Positions 28,513 to 36,406 of a stretch of 44,983 bases of DNA are shown piece after piece (positions within the stretch are counted from its first letter, which is position 1; each line of letters starts with the position of its first letter). The notes beneath the pieces were generated by a model. The model was not told where the DNA came from and made no database searches. It saw nothing but the letters and a program-made list of their open reading frames with translations. The translations under genes and the position numbers were made by a program. The DNA is taken from NCBI GenBank assembly GCA_018623275.1, contig JAAZVU010000001.1:1-44983 (forward strand). Reading direction: 5' to 3'. The stretch is from Flavobacteriales bacterium. GTDB lineage: Bacteria > Bacteroidota > Bacteroidia > Flavobacteriales > Schleiferiaceae.

Positions 28513-29325
28513 ATGGCAGAAGGAATCATTAGAGACGCGTACTTAAAAGCTGAGAATGCTGCGGCGTTAAGCGACAGTTATACAAATGCACAACCGTGCA
28601 AGTACCTCGTCATGGAAAATTTCTTCACGGAAGAAATAGCCAATGATCTCTTCGAAAATTTCCCTTCTATTCAAGATCTCAACGTGAAGCGAAAGAGTTT
28701 GAATGAGGACAAGAGTGAAGATTACCATTTCGAACGTTGGCACCCGTCTTTCGCGAAGATTAGAGAGGCAGTTTCGTCGAATGAATGGTACGAACAATTG
28801 ACCCGAATTACTGGTATTGAAGGTCTTCACACCACCACTGATGCTTTAGGATCGGGAGTTCATCAAGGAAAAAACGGTTCTTATGTCGATATTCATATTG
28901 ACGTGAATATGAACCCAAAGCTTGGTCTCTGGAGACGTATTAACCTCCTTGTTTACCTCAACAGAGATTGGAAACCAGAATACGGTGGTGATCTCGAACT
29001 ATGGAACAAGGAAATGACAGAGTGTGTGGTGAAGGTTCCACCAACTTTCAATACCGCAGTGATCTTCTATACAGATGATAATAGCCCACACGGCTATCGT
29101 AAAATCAACATCCCTGAAGGTGAAAGTAGAAAGAGCTTCTACACTTACTTCTACACAAAACCTGAAGACGGGGTAAGCTACAGAGATTCAAAGTTCATCT
29201 CAAGACCAGATGATGCAGCAGGTAAAAAGTTAGCTACGGGAGTTAAAGAGACCTTAAAGATTAACGGAAAGAAACTCTTGAAGTTTATAGGACTTAAGGA
29301 TCTCGACTTCCAAGACAAGAATTAA
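28513..29325 (+). CDS. 2OG-Fe(II) oxygenase (prolyl-4-hydroxylase-like) family protein
   Basis: H-x-D in VDIHIDVN, RRINLLVYLNRDW...GGDLELW, distal His in SPHGY, and RKSF as a candidate 2OG-binding basic residue. Confidence 0.8.
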   Translation: MAEGIIRDAYLKAENAAALSDSYTNAQPCKYLVMENFFTEEIANDLFENFPSIQDLNVKRKSLNEDKSEDYHFERWHPSFAKIREAVSSNEWYEQLTRITGIEGLHTTTDALGSGVHQGKNGSYVDIHIDVNMNPKLGLWRRINLLVYLNRDWKPEYGGDLELWNKEMTECVVKVPPTFNTAVIFYTDDNSPHGYRKINIPEGESRKSFYTYFYTKPEDGVSYRDSKFISRPDDAAGKKLATGVKETLKINGKKLLKFIGLKDLDFQDKN

Positions 29326-29340
29326 GAATTCACAACAGAG

Positions 29341-29367
29341 CGCTCCTTTTTACAGGGGCGTTTTTTT
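29341..29367 (+). terminator. Rho-independent terminator after the oxygenase gene
   Basis: Stem cgctcc / ggggcg (one G-U pair) followed by T7. It overlaps the stop codon of the convergent trkH-like gene. Confidence 0.7.
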
Positions 29368-31168
29368 ATCCCACATGCATATTACCCTTTGGGTAGGTAA
29401 AGGTGTTCGCTTCAGGACGAGTACCACTTAAAGCAAATGCTAACGTTAGCGTCCCTACTCTACCTACGAGCATGCTCAGCATAATGACTACCTTACTACC
29501 GAAACTTAATTCGGCCGTAATTCCAGTACTTAACCCAACAGTACAAAAGGCACTCACCTGCTCAAAGGCTAAATCAAGGAATGACATCTCTGGCTCCAAA
29601 ATAGTCAGTATGAAAATTCCCAGAAAGATGAATACTATGGCGAACAAGAAGACTGCGAAAGCTCTGTTCATCAACTCCCATGGGATTTTGTTCTTGTAGA
29701 GGTTAATATCCTTCTTGCCACGAATAGTTGCAGCAGCACTCAAGAAGACCAAGGCAAATGTGCTCGTCTTAATACCTCCGGCTGTCGATCCTGAACCACC
29801 ACCGATGAACATTAAGAAGATCATCATCAGCATGGCAGGCATTGCCATTTCCCCGATGTCAATGGTGTTGAATCCTGCTGTTCTAGCAGTAATACTTTGG
29901 AAGAAGCTATTCGATAGGTGTGCTCCAACATGACCTTCAAAATTCAACGTAAAGGCAAAAACGAAACCTCCTACCACAAGTAATATTCCAGCTACTGATA
30001 GACCTATTTTAGTTCCTAATCGCATACCACGCCAGCTCTTTATCAAGCTTTGTTTTCTCCATGGCTGAGCGAGGATATCTGATAATGTTCCAAAACCAAT
30101 TCCTCCAAGGACAATTAATAAAGCAATGACCCAATGTACCCTTGGCATTAAGGCAGCCCCAGGAGTAGCTAAGGAGTCGGTGAATAATGAGAATCCTGCA
30201 TTATTAAATGCACTAATGCTATGGAAGATACTATGAAACATGGTGTTCCCTAGAGAGTCGAAATGCGGGAACCAGATGATTCCTAAAGCTATAGCTCCCA
30301 AAAGCTCTATTGTCAAAGTCAGTCTAAAAATTGCGCCAACCAGTTTACCACTTTGCTGCATACTCTCCCCGAGATTCTCACTCATGAAATTTTGCTGACG
30401 CATCCCAAAACCGCCGCGAAGAATAGCAAATAGCGCAGCGAAAGAGATGATATTCAACCCACCCAATTGCATCAAAATCATGACAACCATTTGCCCTTTG
30501 AAGGAGAGCACTGTAGAGATATCCACAAGGCTTAAACCAGTAACACAGCTAGCACTAATGCTGGTAAACAGTGCAGTAACGAAATCCAAGGCTTCGGGGC
30601 CTGCTGTCATCTCAGGAAGCATTAATAAACCCGTTCCTATGGCTATCAATATGATGAAACTAATAATCAGTAATGCAGGAGCACTTAGGTTGAAATCTGG
30701 TAGTCGTTCCCCGACTTTTCCAAACTCCAAGAAAACGATAATCATTACGTAGAACTGGAGCAAGAGGACAAACCCGCTTTGCAGACTACTTACCCCTATG
30801 GCATCTCCTAGAACACTAAGGATTTCTACGCCACGTAAGTTAATGGTCAAGATATCTAAGACTAAAAAGACCATGAGGATGGCCTCCCATTTCCGGGATT
30901 TAATGAATTCCCAAGGGTGAAAATTGTAGATAATCTCGACAATGAACTTTATCAAGTAATACCCGATCGAAGCACGTACTATGATCCCTATGAGGTGATT
31001 TTGAGCTTCGGTTAATTCGTAGCCGTGAAATATAATTAAAGATACAATTGTACTCAGGGCAACGAAAAAAGAGAGTTTAGATAAGGCCCCGAGAACAAAA
31101 TCGCGACTATCGTACAGGCGTATGTTGACCTGCTCTCTGAAGGCATTGAAACGTTGTTTGAAACTCAA
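29366..31168 (-). CDS. trkH: TrkH/KtrB-family potassium transporter with N-terminal extension
   Basis: Selectivity-filter-like repeats TARTAGFNT and GGGSGSTAGGIKTSTF, AFNNAGFSL, and FCTVGLSTG. The ORF needs TTG 31168. The first internal Met is residue 99. Confidence 0.85.
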   Translation of the reverse strand: MSFKQRFNAFREQVNIRLYDSRDFVLGALSKLSFFVALSTIVSLIIFHGYELTEAQNHLIGIIVRASIGYYLIKFIVEIIYNFHPWEFIKSRKWEAILMVFLVLDILTINLRGVEILSVLGDAIGVSSLQSGFVLLLQFYVMIIVFLEFGKVGERLPDFNLSAPALLIISFIILIAIGTGLLMLPEMTAGPEALDFVTALFTSISASCVTGLSLVDISTVLSFKGQMVVMILMQLGGLNIISFAALFAILRGGFGMRQQNFMSENLGESMQQSGKLVGAIFRLTLTIELLGAIALGIIWFPHFDSLGNTMFHSIFHSISAFNNAGFSLFTDSLATPGAALMPRVHWVIALLIVLGGIGFGTLSDILAQPWRKQSLIKSWRGMRLGTKIGLSVAGILLVVGGFVFAFTLNFEGHVGAHLSNSFFQSITARTAGFNTIDIGEMAMPAMLMMIFLMFIGGGSGSTAGGIKTSTFALVFLSAAATIRGKKDINLYKNKIPWELMNRAFAVFLFAIVFIFLGIFILTILEPEMSFLDLAFEQVSAFCTVGLSTGITAELSFGSKVVIMLSMLVGRVGTLTLAFALSGTRPEANTFTYPKGNMHVG

Positions 31169-31197
31169 AACAGAAGATTTCTATTACCGAAGTTACA

Positions 31198-31614
31198 CTA
31201 TTCTTGTGAATCGGCCCCTCGAACAGTGTAGTCGATGTAAGATTTCGCCTCAACAATAGTACTGCCCGTCAAAACATTCACCGCTTTCTTCAAAGCAGCT
31301 CTCTCGTCATTGAGGAAGTAAACACTTCGCGCCTTATTTATGAACTCCTGACCAAAATCTGCTTTCGATTCCAATACACGCAGCTCATCTTCAACGTCCC
31401 AAAGCTGTTCGTTGATTTTTTTGAGTTTCTCTGCAAGGTCATGAACCGTTGAAGGGTCGTCCACTGAATTGTATACGAATTTCACACCTTCGGACAGCGC
31501 ATCCATCTCTCGCTGAACATTAGTGAGTTTTTCGGCATCTGAGATACGCTCACTTTTAATGACAAGGATGGTGTGCTTATCAATAATCTCCCCGTTGGCA
31601 ACTTCAATTTTCAT
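31198..31614 (-). CDS. Conserved hypothetical coiled-coil protein (possibly DUF6165-like)
   Basis: 138-aa ORF beginning MKIEVANGEIIDKHTILVIK.... The family name is from memory only and unverified. Confidence 0.5.
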   Translation of the reverse strand: MKIEVANGEIIDKHTILVIKSERISDAEKLTNVQREMDALSEGVKFVYNSVDDPSTVHDLAEKLKKINEQLWDVEDELRVLESKADFGQEFINKARSVYFLNDERAALKKAVNVLTGSTIVEAKSYIDYTVRGADSQE

Positions 31615-31625
31615 CTGGATGATTC

Positions 31626-32825
31626 TTAATCCTCTAAACGAGAAACTGCCTCTTTAACTCGGCGCACAGCCTCTTGCAGATCGCTCTCTGCGGCCGCGTA
31701 AGAAAATCTAATATATCCAGGCAACCCAAAGGCATCACCAGGTACCGTACTCACCAAACCTTCTTCCAGTAAATACATGCTTAAATCTAGCGATGTCTCG
31801 ATCGTTTTGCCCCCAAATTTCTTGCCTAATAATTCACTTACCCTTGGGAACACATAGAATGCTCCAGGAGGAGTATCTAACTCAAAACCAGGTATTTCAT
31901 TAATCCAGCCGACCATCTTTTCACGACGGCCTGCGAAAGTATCTACCATGTATTTTACGGTAGATGGATCGGCCTCAACTGCAGCTTTACAAGCGCGTTG
32001 TGCAACAGAATTAGTACCTGAGGTAAAATTCGATTGGAACTTAGTACATGCTTTAGCAATCCACTCAGGAGCACCAATATATCCGATACGCCATCCAGTC
32101 ATTGCAAAGCCTTTTGACAGACCGTTTACAGTAATTGTCTGGTTATAAACTTCTGGGAAGCTTGCAATACTCACATGCTCTACTTCACCATAGTTAAGCA
32201 GCTCGTAAATCTCATCCGAAATGACATGCAGGTTCGGATACTTGGCTACCACTTGAGCAATTTCAGCCAATTCTTCCCCGCTGTAAATTGCACCACACGG
32301 GTTATTTGGGGAAGAGAAAATGAGCACCTTTGATTTATCCGTAATGGAAGCCTCTAATTGGTCCGCAGTAATCTTAAACCCGCTCTCTTTTGAAGTAGGA
32401 AGCACCTTTACTACACCACCACAGTATTTAGCTTGATCCATGTAGCTTACCCAATATGGCGCTGGAATAATCACCTCATCGCCAGGATTAACTAAAGCAA
32501 GGAATACATTTAAGAGACTCTGCTTAGCACCAGTGCTGACTACAATTTGATCTGCAGAGTACTCAAGATTATTGTCTCTTTTGAATTTAGCAGCAATAGA
32601 TTCACGCAAATCCGCAAAACCAGGAACTGGCATGTAATGTGTGTAATTCTGCTCCATCGCCTCATTGGCAGCTTCTTTAATGAATTCAGGAGTGTCAAAA
32701 TCCGGCTCGCCTAGAGATAAGCTGATCACGTTTTTACCCGTGGCGCTCAATTCTCTGGCTTTCTTAGCCATTTCAATCGTCATTGGAAGGCCCATTTCCT
32801 GGGCGCGTTGCGAGAGTGCTTTCAT
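31626..32825 (-). CDS. Pyridoxal-phosphate-dependent aminotransferase, class I (aspartate aminotransferase-like)
   Basis: Motifs LSLGEPDF, SSPNNPCG and NGLSKGFAMTGWRIGY (PLP Lys). I prefer ATG 32825 because the track TTG 32852 lies inside the -7 box. Confidence 0.9.
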   Translation of the reverse strand: MKALSQRAQEMGLPMTIEMAKKARELSATGKNVISLSLGEPDFDTPEFIKEAANEAMEQNYTHYMPVPGFADLRESIAAKFKRDNNLEYSADQIVVSTGAKQSLLNVFLALVNPGDEVIIPAPYWVSYMDQAKYCGGVVKVLPTSKESGFKITADQLEASITDKSKVLIFSSPNNPCGAIYSGEELAEIAQVVAKYPNLHVISDEIYELLNYGEVEHVSIASFPEVYNQTITVNGLSKGFAMTGWRIGYIGAPEWIAKACTKFQSNFTSGTNSVAQRACKAAVEADPSTVKYMVDTFAGRREKMVGWINEIPGFELDTPPGAFYVFPRVSELLGKKFGGKTIETSLDLSMYLLEEGLVSTVPGDAFGLPGYIRFSYAAAESDLQEAVRRVKEAVSRLED

Positions 32826-32849
32826 TTCTAAATTCCTATTGTGGGACGG

Positions 32850-32857
32850 CAAAAATA
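32850..32857 (-). promoter_or_regulatory. -7 box (TATTTTTG) candidate for the aminotransferase operon
   Basis: TAnnTTTG match with 24 nt between the box and ATG 32825. Confidence 0.45.
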
Positions 32858-32886
32858 ACGATATTTGTCACCCTTAACATACTTTC

Positions 32887-33408
32887 ATGGAAGCATTTAT
32901 TGAAATTCTGAAGTACACTTTTCCAGCAGCATTAATGTTGTTGCTCACCTACCTACTATTGTCCAATTTCGTAGACAATGAGGAAAAGCGTCGCGCATTC
33001 TACTTGCGTAAGGATTTACAGAAGAAATCGCTTCCTATGCGAATGCAAGCTTTCGAGCGCATCATCATGTTACTAGAAAGAATTACGCCCAACCACCTAG
33101 TCATTCGTATCAAACCAGGCAACATGTCCATCGGTCAATACCGCAAAGCCCTTGTTGAAGCCGTTCGTCAAGAGTTCGATTACAACATTACCCAGCAGGT
33201 CTATGTAAGCGATGATGCATGGAACCACGTTGTAAGTGCCAAAAGCCAGGTCATTAGTATTATCAACAAAGTTGCCGGTACGCTTGGAGCAGAAGCTACT
33301 GCTTCAGATTTAGCCAAGGAATTAATCAATGCTGAAATGGCAGGTGAAATTTTCCCTACCAAGGCGGCGATTCTATTGATCAAGCACGAAGCTGCTCGCT
33401 CGTTCTAA
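32887..33408 (+). CDS. Hypothetical membrane-anchored protein
   Basis: 173-aa ORF with one N-terminal TM segment (FPAALMLLLTYLLLSNF). I recognise no family. Its stop overlaps the meaB stop. Confidence 0.55.
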   Translation: MEAFIEILKYTFPAALMLLLTYLLLSNFVDNEEKRRAFYLRKDLQKKSLPMRMQAFERIIMLLERITPNHLVIRIKPGNMSIGQYRKALVEAVRQEFDYNITQQVYVSDDAWNHVVSAKSQVISIINKVAGTLGAEATASDLAKELINAEMAGEIFPTKAAILLIKHEAARSF

Positions 33409-34472
33409 GCCAACAACTTTTCCACTAGCATTCGACTGGCTTCAAAAGGACTTAGGATCCCTTGAGCTACTTTTTCAAGTAATTCCTCTTGTTGCTTCTT
33501 CCAGTCTTGATTTTTGGTTAGACTAGTAAAAAGAAGTGCGCCAACATTCTCTTTAAACCAATACGCTCTTTGCTTTTGCCTGTTGTTTTCAAACCAACCA
33601 TTGAGCATGCTATGACGGTAATACTTGTCCAATTCCGTCCAGACTGCTTCCATCCCTTTTGATGCTAAGGCACTTATTTGAACTACGGGCGTTTGCCAAT
33701 TATTCTGCTGTCGAGAAACCAACTGCAGTGCATTTCGAAGCTCAAGGGCACTATGATTCGACTGCTCTGCACGAGGACCGTCACACTTATTTAATGCAAT
33801 AATATCAGCCATTTCCATAATGCCTTTTTTGATGCCCTGAAGCTCATCACCAGTTCCAGGCATAGCCAAAAACAAAAAGCAATCAGTCAACTTACTTACA
33901 ACTGTTTCGCTCTGCCCTACTCCGACGGTCTCCACAAAAATAAAGTCGAATCCTGCGGCCTCACAGAGCGCGACTGCCTCATAGGTACTCCTGGCAACAC
34001 CACCTAATTTCCCTCCGGAAGCAGAAGGGCGAATAAAAACTCGATCACTCTTGCCTATAGACTCCATGCGCGTTTTATCACCAAGAATACTCCCCTTAGA
34101 CAACTCGCTTGATGGATCAACCGCCAGAATAGCTAGCCTAGTTTCCGAATCGCGATCTAGAAGAAAGGAGCAATAAGATTCTAAAAATGTACTCTTACCC
34201 ACACCAGGCACACCGCTCACTCCTACGACAAATGCACTCTTCTTAACAGGAAGCAAAGCATTTAAAAGCACACGTGAGTCAGATTCATCTTTCTCCGAGG
34301 TACTTTCTATCAAAGTGATAGCACTAGATAAGGCAGCTGTATCTCCTTCTTTGACTTTTTGGGTCAATTCCGAAATATTCAATCCGCGCCTTTTAGCACC
34401 TTTCCATTTGGGATTAATGAACGGTGCTTCTTCTACACCTTTGGCGATATGTAGTGCGCTCTTTTTAGACAT
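33405..34472 (-). CDS. meaB: MeaB/ArgK-type G-protein chaperone (methylmalonyl-CoA mutase-associated GTPase)
   Basis: P-loop GVSGVPGVGKST, ETVGVGQSE and NKCDG. The length (355 aa) and layout are typical. Confidence 0.88.
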   Translation of the reverse strand: MSKKSALHIAKGVEEAPFINPKWKGAKRRGLNISELTQKVKEGDTAALSSAITLIESTSEKDESDSRVLLNALLPVKKSAFVVGVSGVPGVGKSTFLESYCSFLLDRDSETRLAILAVDPSSELSKGSILGDKTRMESIGKSDRVFIRPSASGGKLGGVARSTYEAVALCEAAGFDFIFVETVGVGQSETVVSKLTDCFLFLAMPGTGDELQGIKKGIMEMADIIALNKCDGPRAEQSNHSALELRNALQLVSRQQNNWQTPVVQISALASKGMEAVWTELDKYYRHSMLNGWFENNRQKQRAYWFKENVGALLFTSLTKNQDWKKQQEELLEKVAQGILSPFEASRMLVEKLLA

Positions 34473-35666
34473 CTAAGCCTGATCAATGTAGTCTTGAAGA
34501 TAACTAAAATCGGCAGTCAAAGCTCCTTCTTTACATTCGGTGGCTCCCGCAAGCACTCCATCTAAATCACCATTAAATAGATTTGGGAGTACATGTTGAA
34601 GTAAATCTTTCCCAAAGCTCATAGACGCGTCACGAGGCAGTTCACAAGGCAAGTTATCTACTGCCATTACACCAATAGCCTCTGCATCATCGTGTCGAGT
34701 CTCTTTCTCTTCGTGCGGCAAATAGCCGTAAAACGGCTTTTCAATAGTTGAAGGCCTCAAGGTTGATGCCACCGGTCCGTCTATATCACAACTAATGTCC
34801 GCAACATATTTAATGTTGAATTCTGGCTTCTTAGCATCTTCTCGAGTAAAAATATACGGTGCTCTACTATCGTAATAATGACCAGCAATATACAGATGCG
34901 CATTCTGCGCATATTCCATAAAGTTCGATTCAAAACTAGAAGGATCTTTAAACAACTTAGTCCTATTCACAGGGCTTCCGTCCAAGGTGCAGTAATATTC
35001 CTCGACATCCAATTGCGCCCAAAATGGCCCAACAGCATCTTTTACTTGCGAATGGTGAATATTTGGAATACCTGAAGCGATCAACGTCTCGACCGCACCC
35101 CCAGCCACACGGCCTGCACCGGAAAGAATAATGCGAACCTCCTCAGACCATTGAAGATCTTTAAGCTGCTCAAACATCTCGACCAAATCAAAACATTTAT
35201 GCGCAGGCTTCAATGTGAATTGACCCGTTTTCTCTCCCCAACCTCTAAGTCCATTGTACGCACCAACCAAACCTGCAAAACGTCCAAAAGCAACTACGCG
35301 CTGCCCATTCTTTTTGAGCAATTCATAATCAACTAGCGTAATGTTTTTTTCAACGCATGCCTTCAACAATTTAGCGTTGTAAGGCTGCTCTTTGAAAGTA
35401 TGTGAGAAGAAGAAATAGGTTTTATTCGGAATTAATTCTGATATAGGAACCTCTTTCACACCTAGAAGAACATCACAATCCGAAAGATCATCCTGCAATG
35501 CTATACCAGCTCTCTCATACTCATTATCGCTAAATGCGCGCAACGGACTAGGCTGTGCCACAACGTCGCAGCTAAAATTTTCCTTGAGGCTTTTGGCCTG
35601 TAATGGGGTCAGTGCCACGCGTCTATCTACGGGTGTTTTCCCTTCTTTTATCAAACCTATCTTCAT
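34473..35666 (-). CDS. AlaDH/PNT-family NAD-dependent dehydrogenase, saccharopine dehydrogenase (L-lysine-forming)-like
   Basis: 397 aa counted from ATG 35666 (MKIGLIKEGKTPVDRRVALTP...), with a dinucleotide loop SGAGRVAGG. The track's extra 51 codons run into ssrA and its promoter, so I rejected them. Confidence 0.75.
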   Translation of the reverse strand: MKIGLIKEGKTPVDRRVALTPLQAKSLKENFSCDVVAQPSPLRAFSDNEYERAGIALQDDLSDCDVLLGVKEVPISELIPNKTYFFFSHTFKEQPYNAKLLKACVEKNITLVDYELLKKNGQRVVAFGRFAGLVGAYNGLRGWGEKTGQFTLKPAHKCFDLVEMFEQLKDLQWSEEVRIILSGAGRVAGGAVETLIASGIPNIHHSQVKDAVGPFWAQLDVEEYYCTLDGSPVNRTKLFKDPSSFESNFMEYAQNAHLYIAGHYYDSRAPYIFTREDAKKPEFNIKYVADISCDIDGPVASTLRPSTIEKPFYGYLPHEEKETRHDDAEAIGVMAVDNLPCELPRDASMSFGKDLLQHVLPNLFNGDLDGVLAGATECKEGALTADFSYLQDYIDQA

Positions 35667-35714
35667 GACCCCCAAGTTAGCCCAACTGTGCTGAATATTG
35701 GCACAGATTGTGCT

Positions 35715-35722
35715 TATCTTTG
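35715..35722 (+). promoter_or_regulatory. -7 box (TATCTTTG) candidate for ssrA
   Basis: TAnnTTTG match with 11 nt between the box and the predicted mature tmRNA 5' end. Confidence 0.5.
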
Positions 35723-35733
35723 CCCCCAACATC

Positions 35734-36131
35734 GGGGTCGACTGGTTTTGACAGCAGGCCGAAGGTTGATGTAAGCATGTCGAGCGCGGAAGGGGCAGCT
35801 CGTTAATACACCGCTTCATTTTTTATAACTGGCGAAGAATCTTACGCTTTGGCCGCTTAATCTGACAGGATGTCGATTATGCTAATCCTATACAAGGTAT
35901 AGGAGCTGAACATCTCGCAAGAGCCCCCGTCCTGAGGCGCTTGATCACGAGGTGTAGAAAATTCAGGAATGCAATTGGCCCTCGCCTCGCGGGCCAGTTC
36001 AAGTTTAGAGGCTAAGCCATGATTAGGGTGCTTGTGCTCAGAGATTGGTCGAAAACTTAATCACAAGATAAGCATGTAGAAAGCCTCAGGCTTCCTTGTT
36101 TGGACGCGGGTTCGATTCCCGCCGACTCCAC
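35734..36131 (+). ncRNA. ssrA: tmRNA (transfer-messenger RNA)
   Basis: 5' GGGGTCG pairs with 3' CGACTCC (including the G3:U wobble) followed by a discriminator A. T-arm gcggg-ttcgatt-cccgc. Internal tag ORF 35831-35860 reads GGC GAA GAA TCT TAC GCT TTG GCC GCT TAA, giving GEESYALAA*. CCA is not fully encoded. Confidence 0.93.
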
Positions 36132-36152
36132 TTGGTGATCCAGAAAAAGAAC

Positions 36153-36186
36153 AAAGCCAGCCCGCAACTCGGGTTGGCTTTTTCTT
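36153..36186 (+). terminator. Rho-independent terminator of ssrA
   Basis: Stem aaagccagcccg / cgggttggcttt (one G-U pair) with a 5-nt loop, followed by a T-run. Confidence 0.8.
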
Positions 36187-36406
36187 TGATCAAAATCCAA
36201 AGCTTGCTTAATCATTAGTGTGGCTTATGGCAAGATATCAAGATAGTTATATGTATCTCAAAACCATCTGTACTAGGAGCTTACCTTAATTCTGCGAGTA
36301 GAATGGTTTATTGAAAACCTTTTCAATCGTAGGTAGTACGGCTTTTCACCATACATTTACTATTGCAGAAGCGGTAAAACGCTGCTTAAATTGTTTTTGA
36401 CGAACC

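Noticed and set aside
35667-35819. N-terminal 51 codons of track ORF 34473..35819.
   Set aside because: They overlap the ssrA promoter and the 5' part of the tmRNA on the opposite strand. The conserved dehydrogenase N-terminus (MKIGLIKEGK) begins at ATG 35666.
36224-36286. 20-codon ORF (MARYQDSYMYLKTICTRSLP) downstream of ssrA.
   Set aside because: It is very short and has no start context or motif, so it is likely a chance ORF in the AT-rich spacer.
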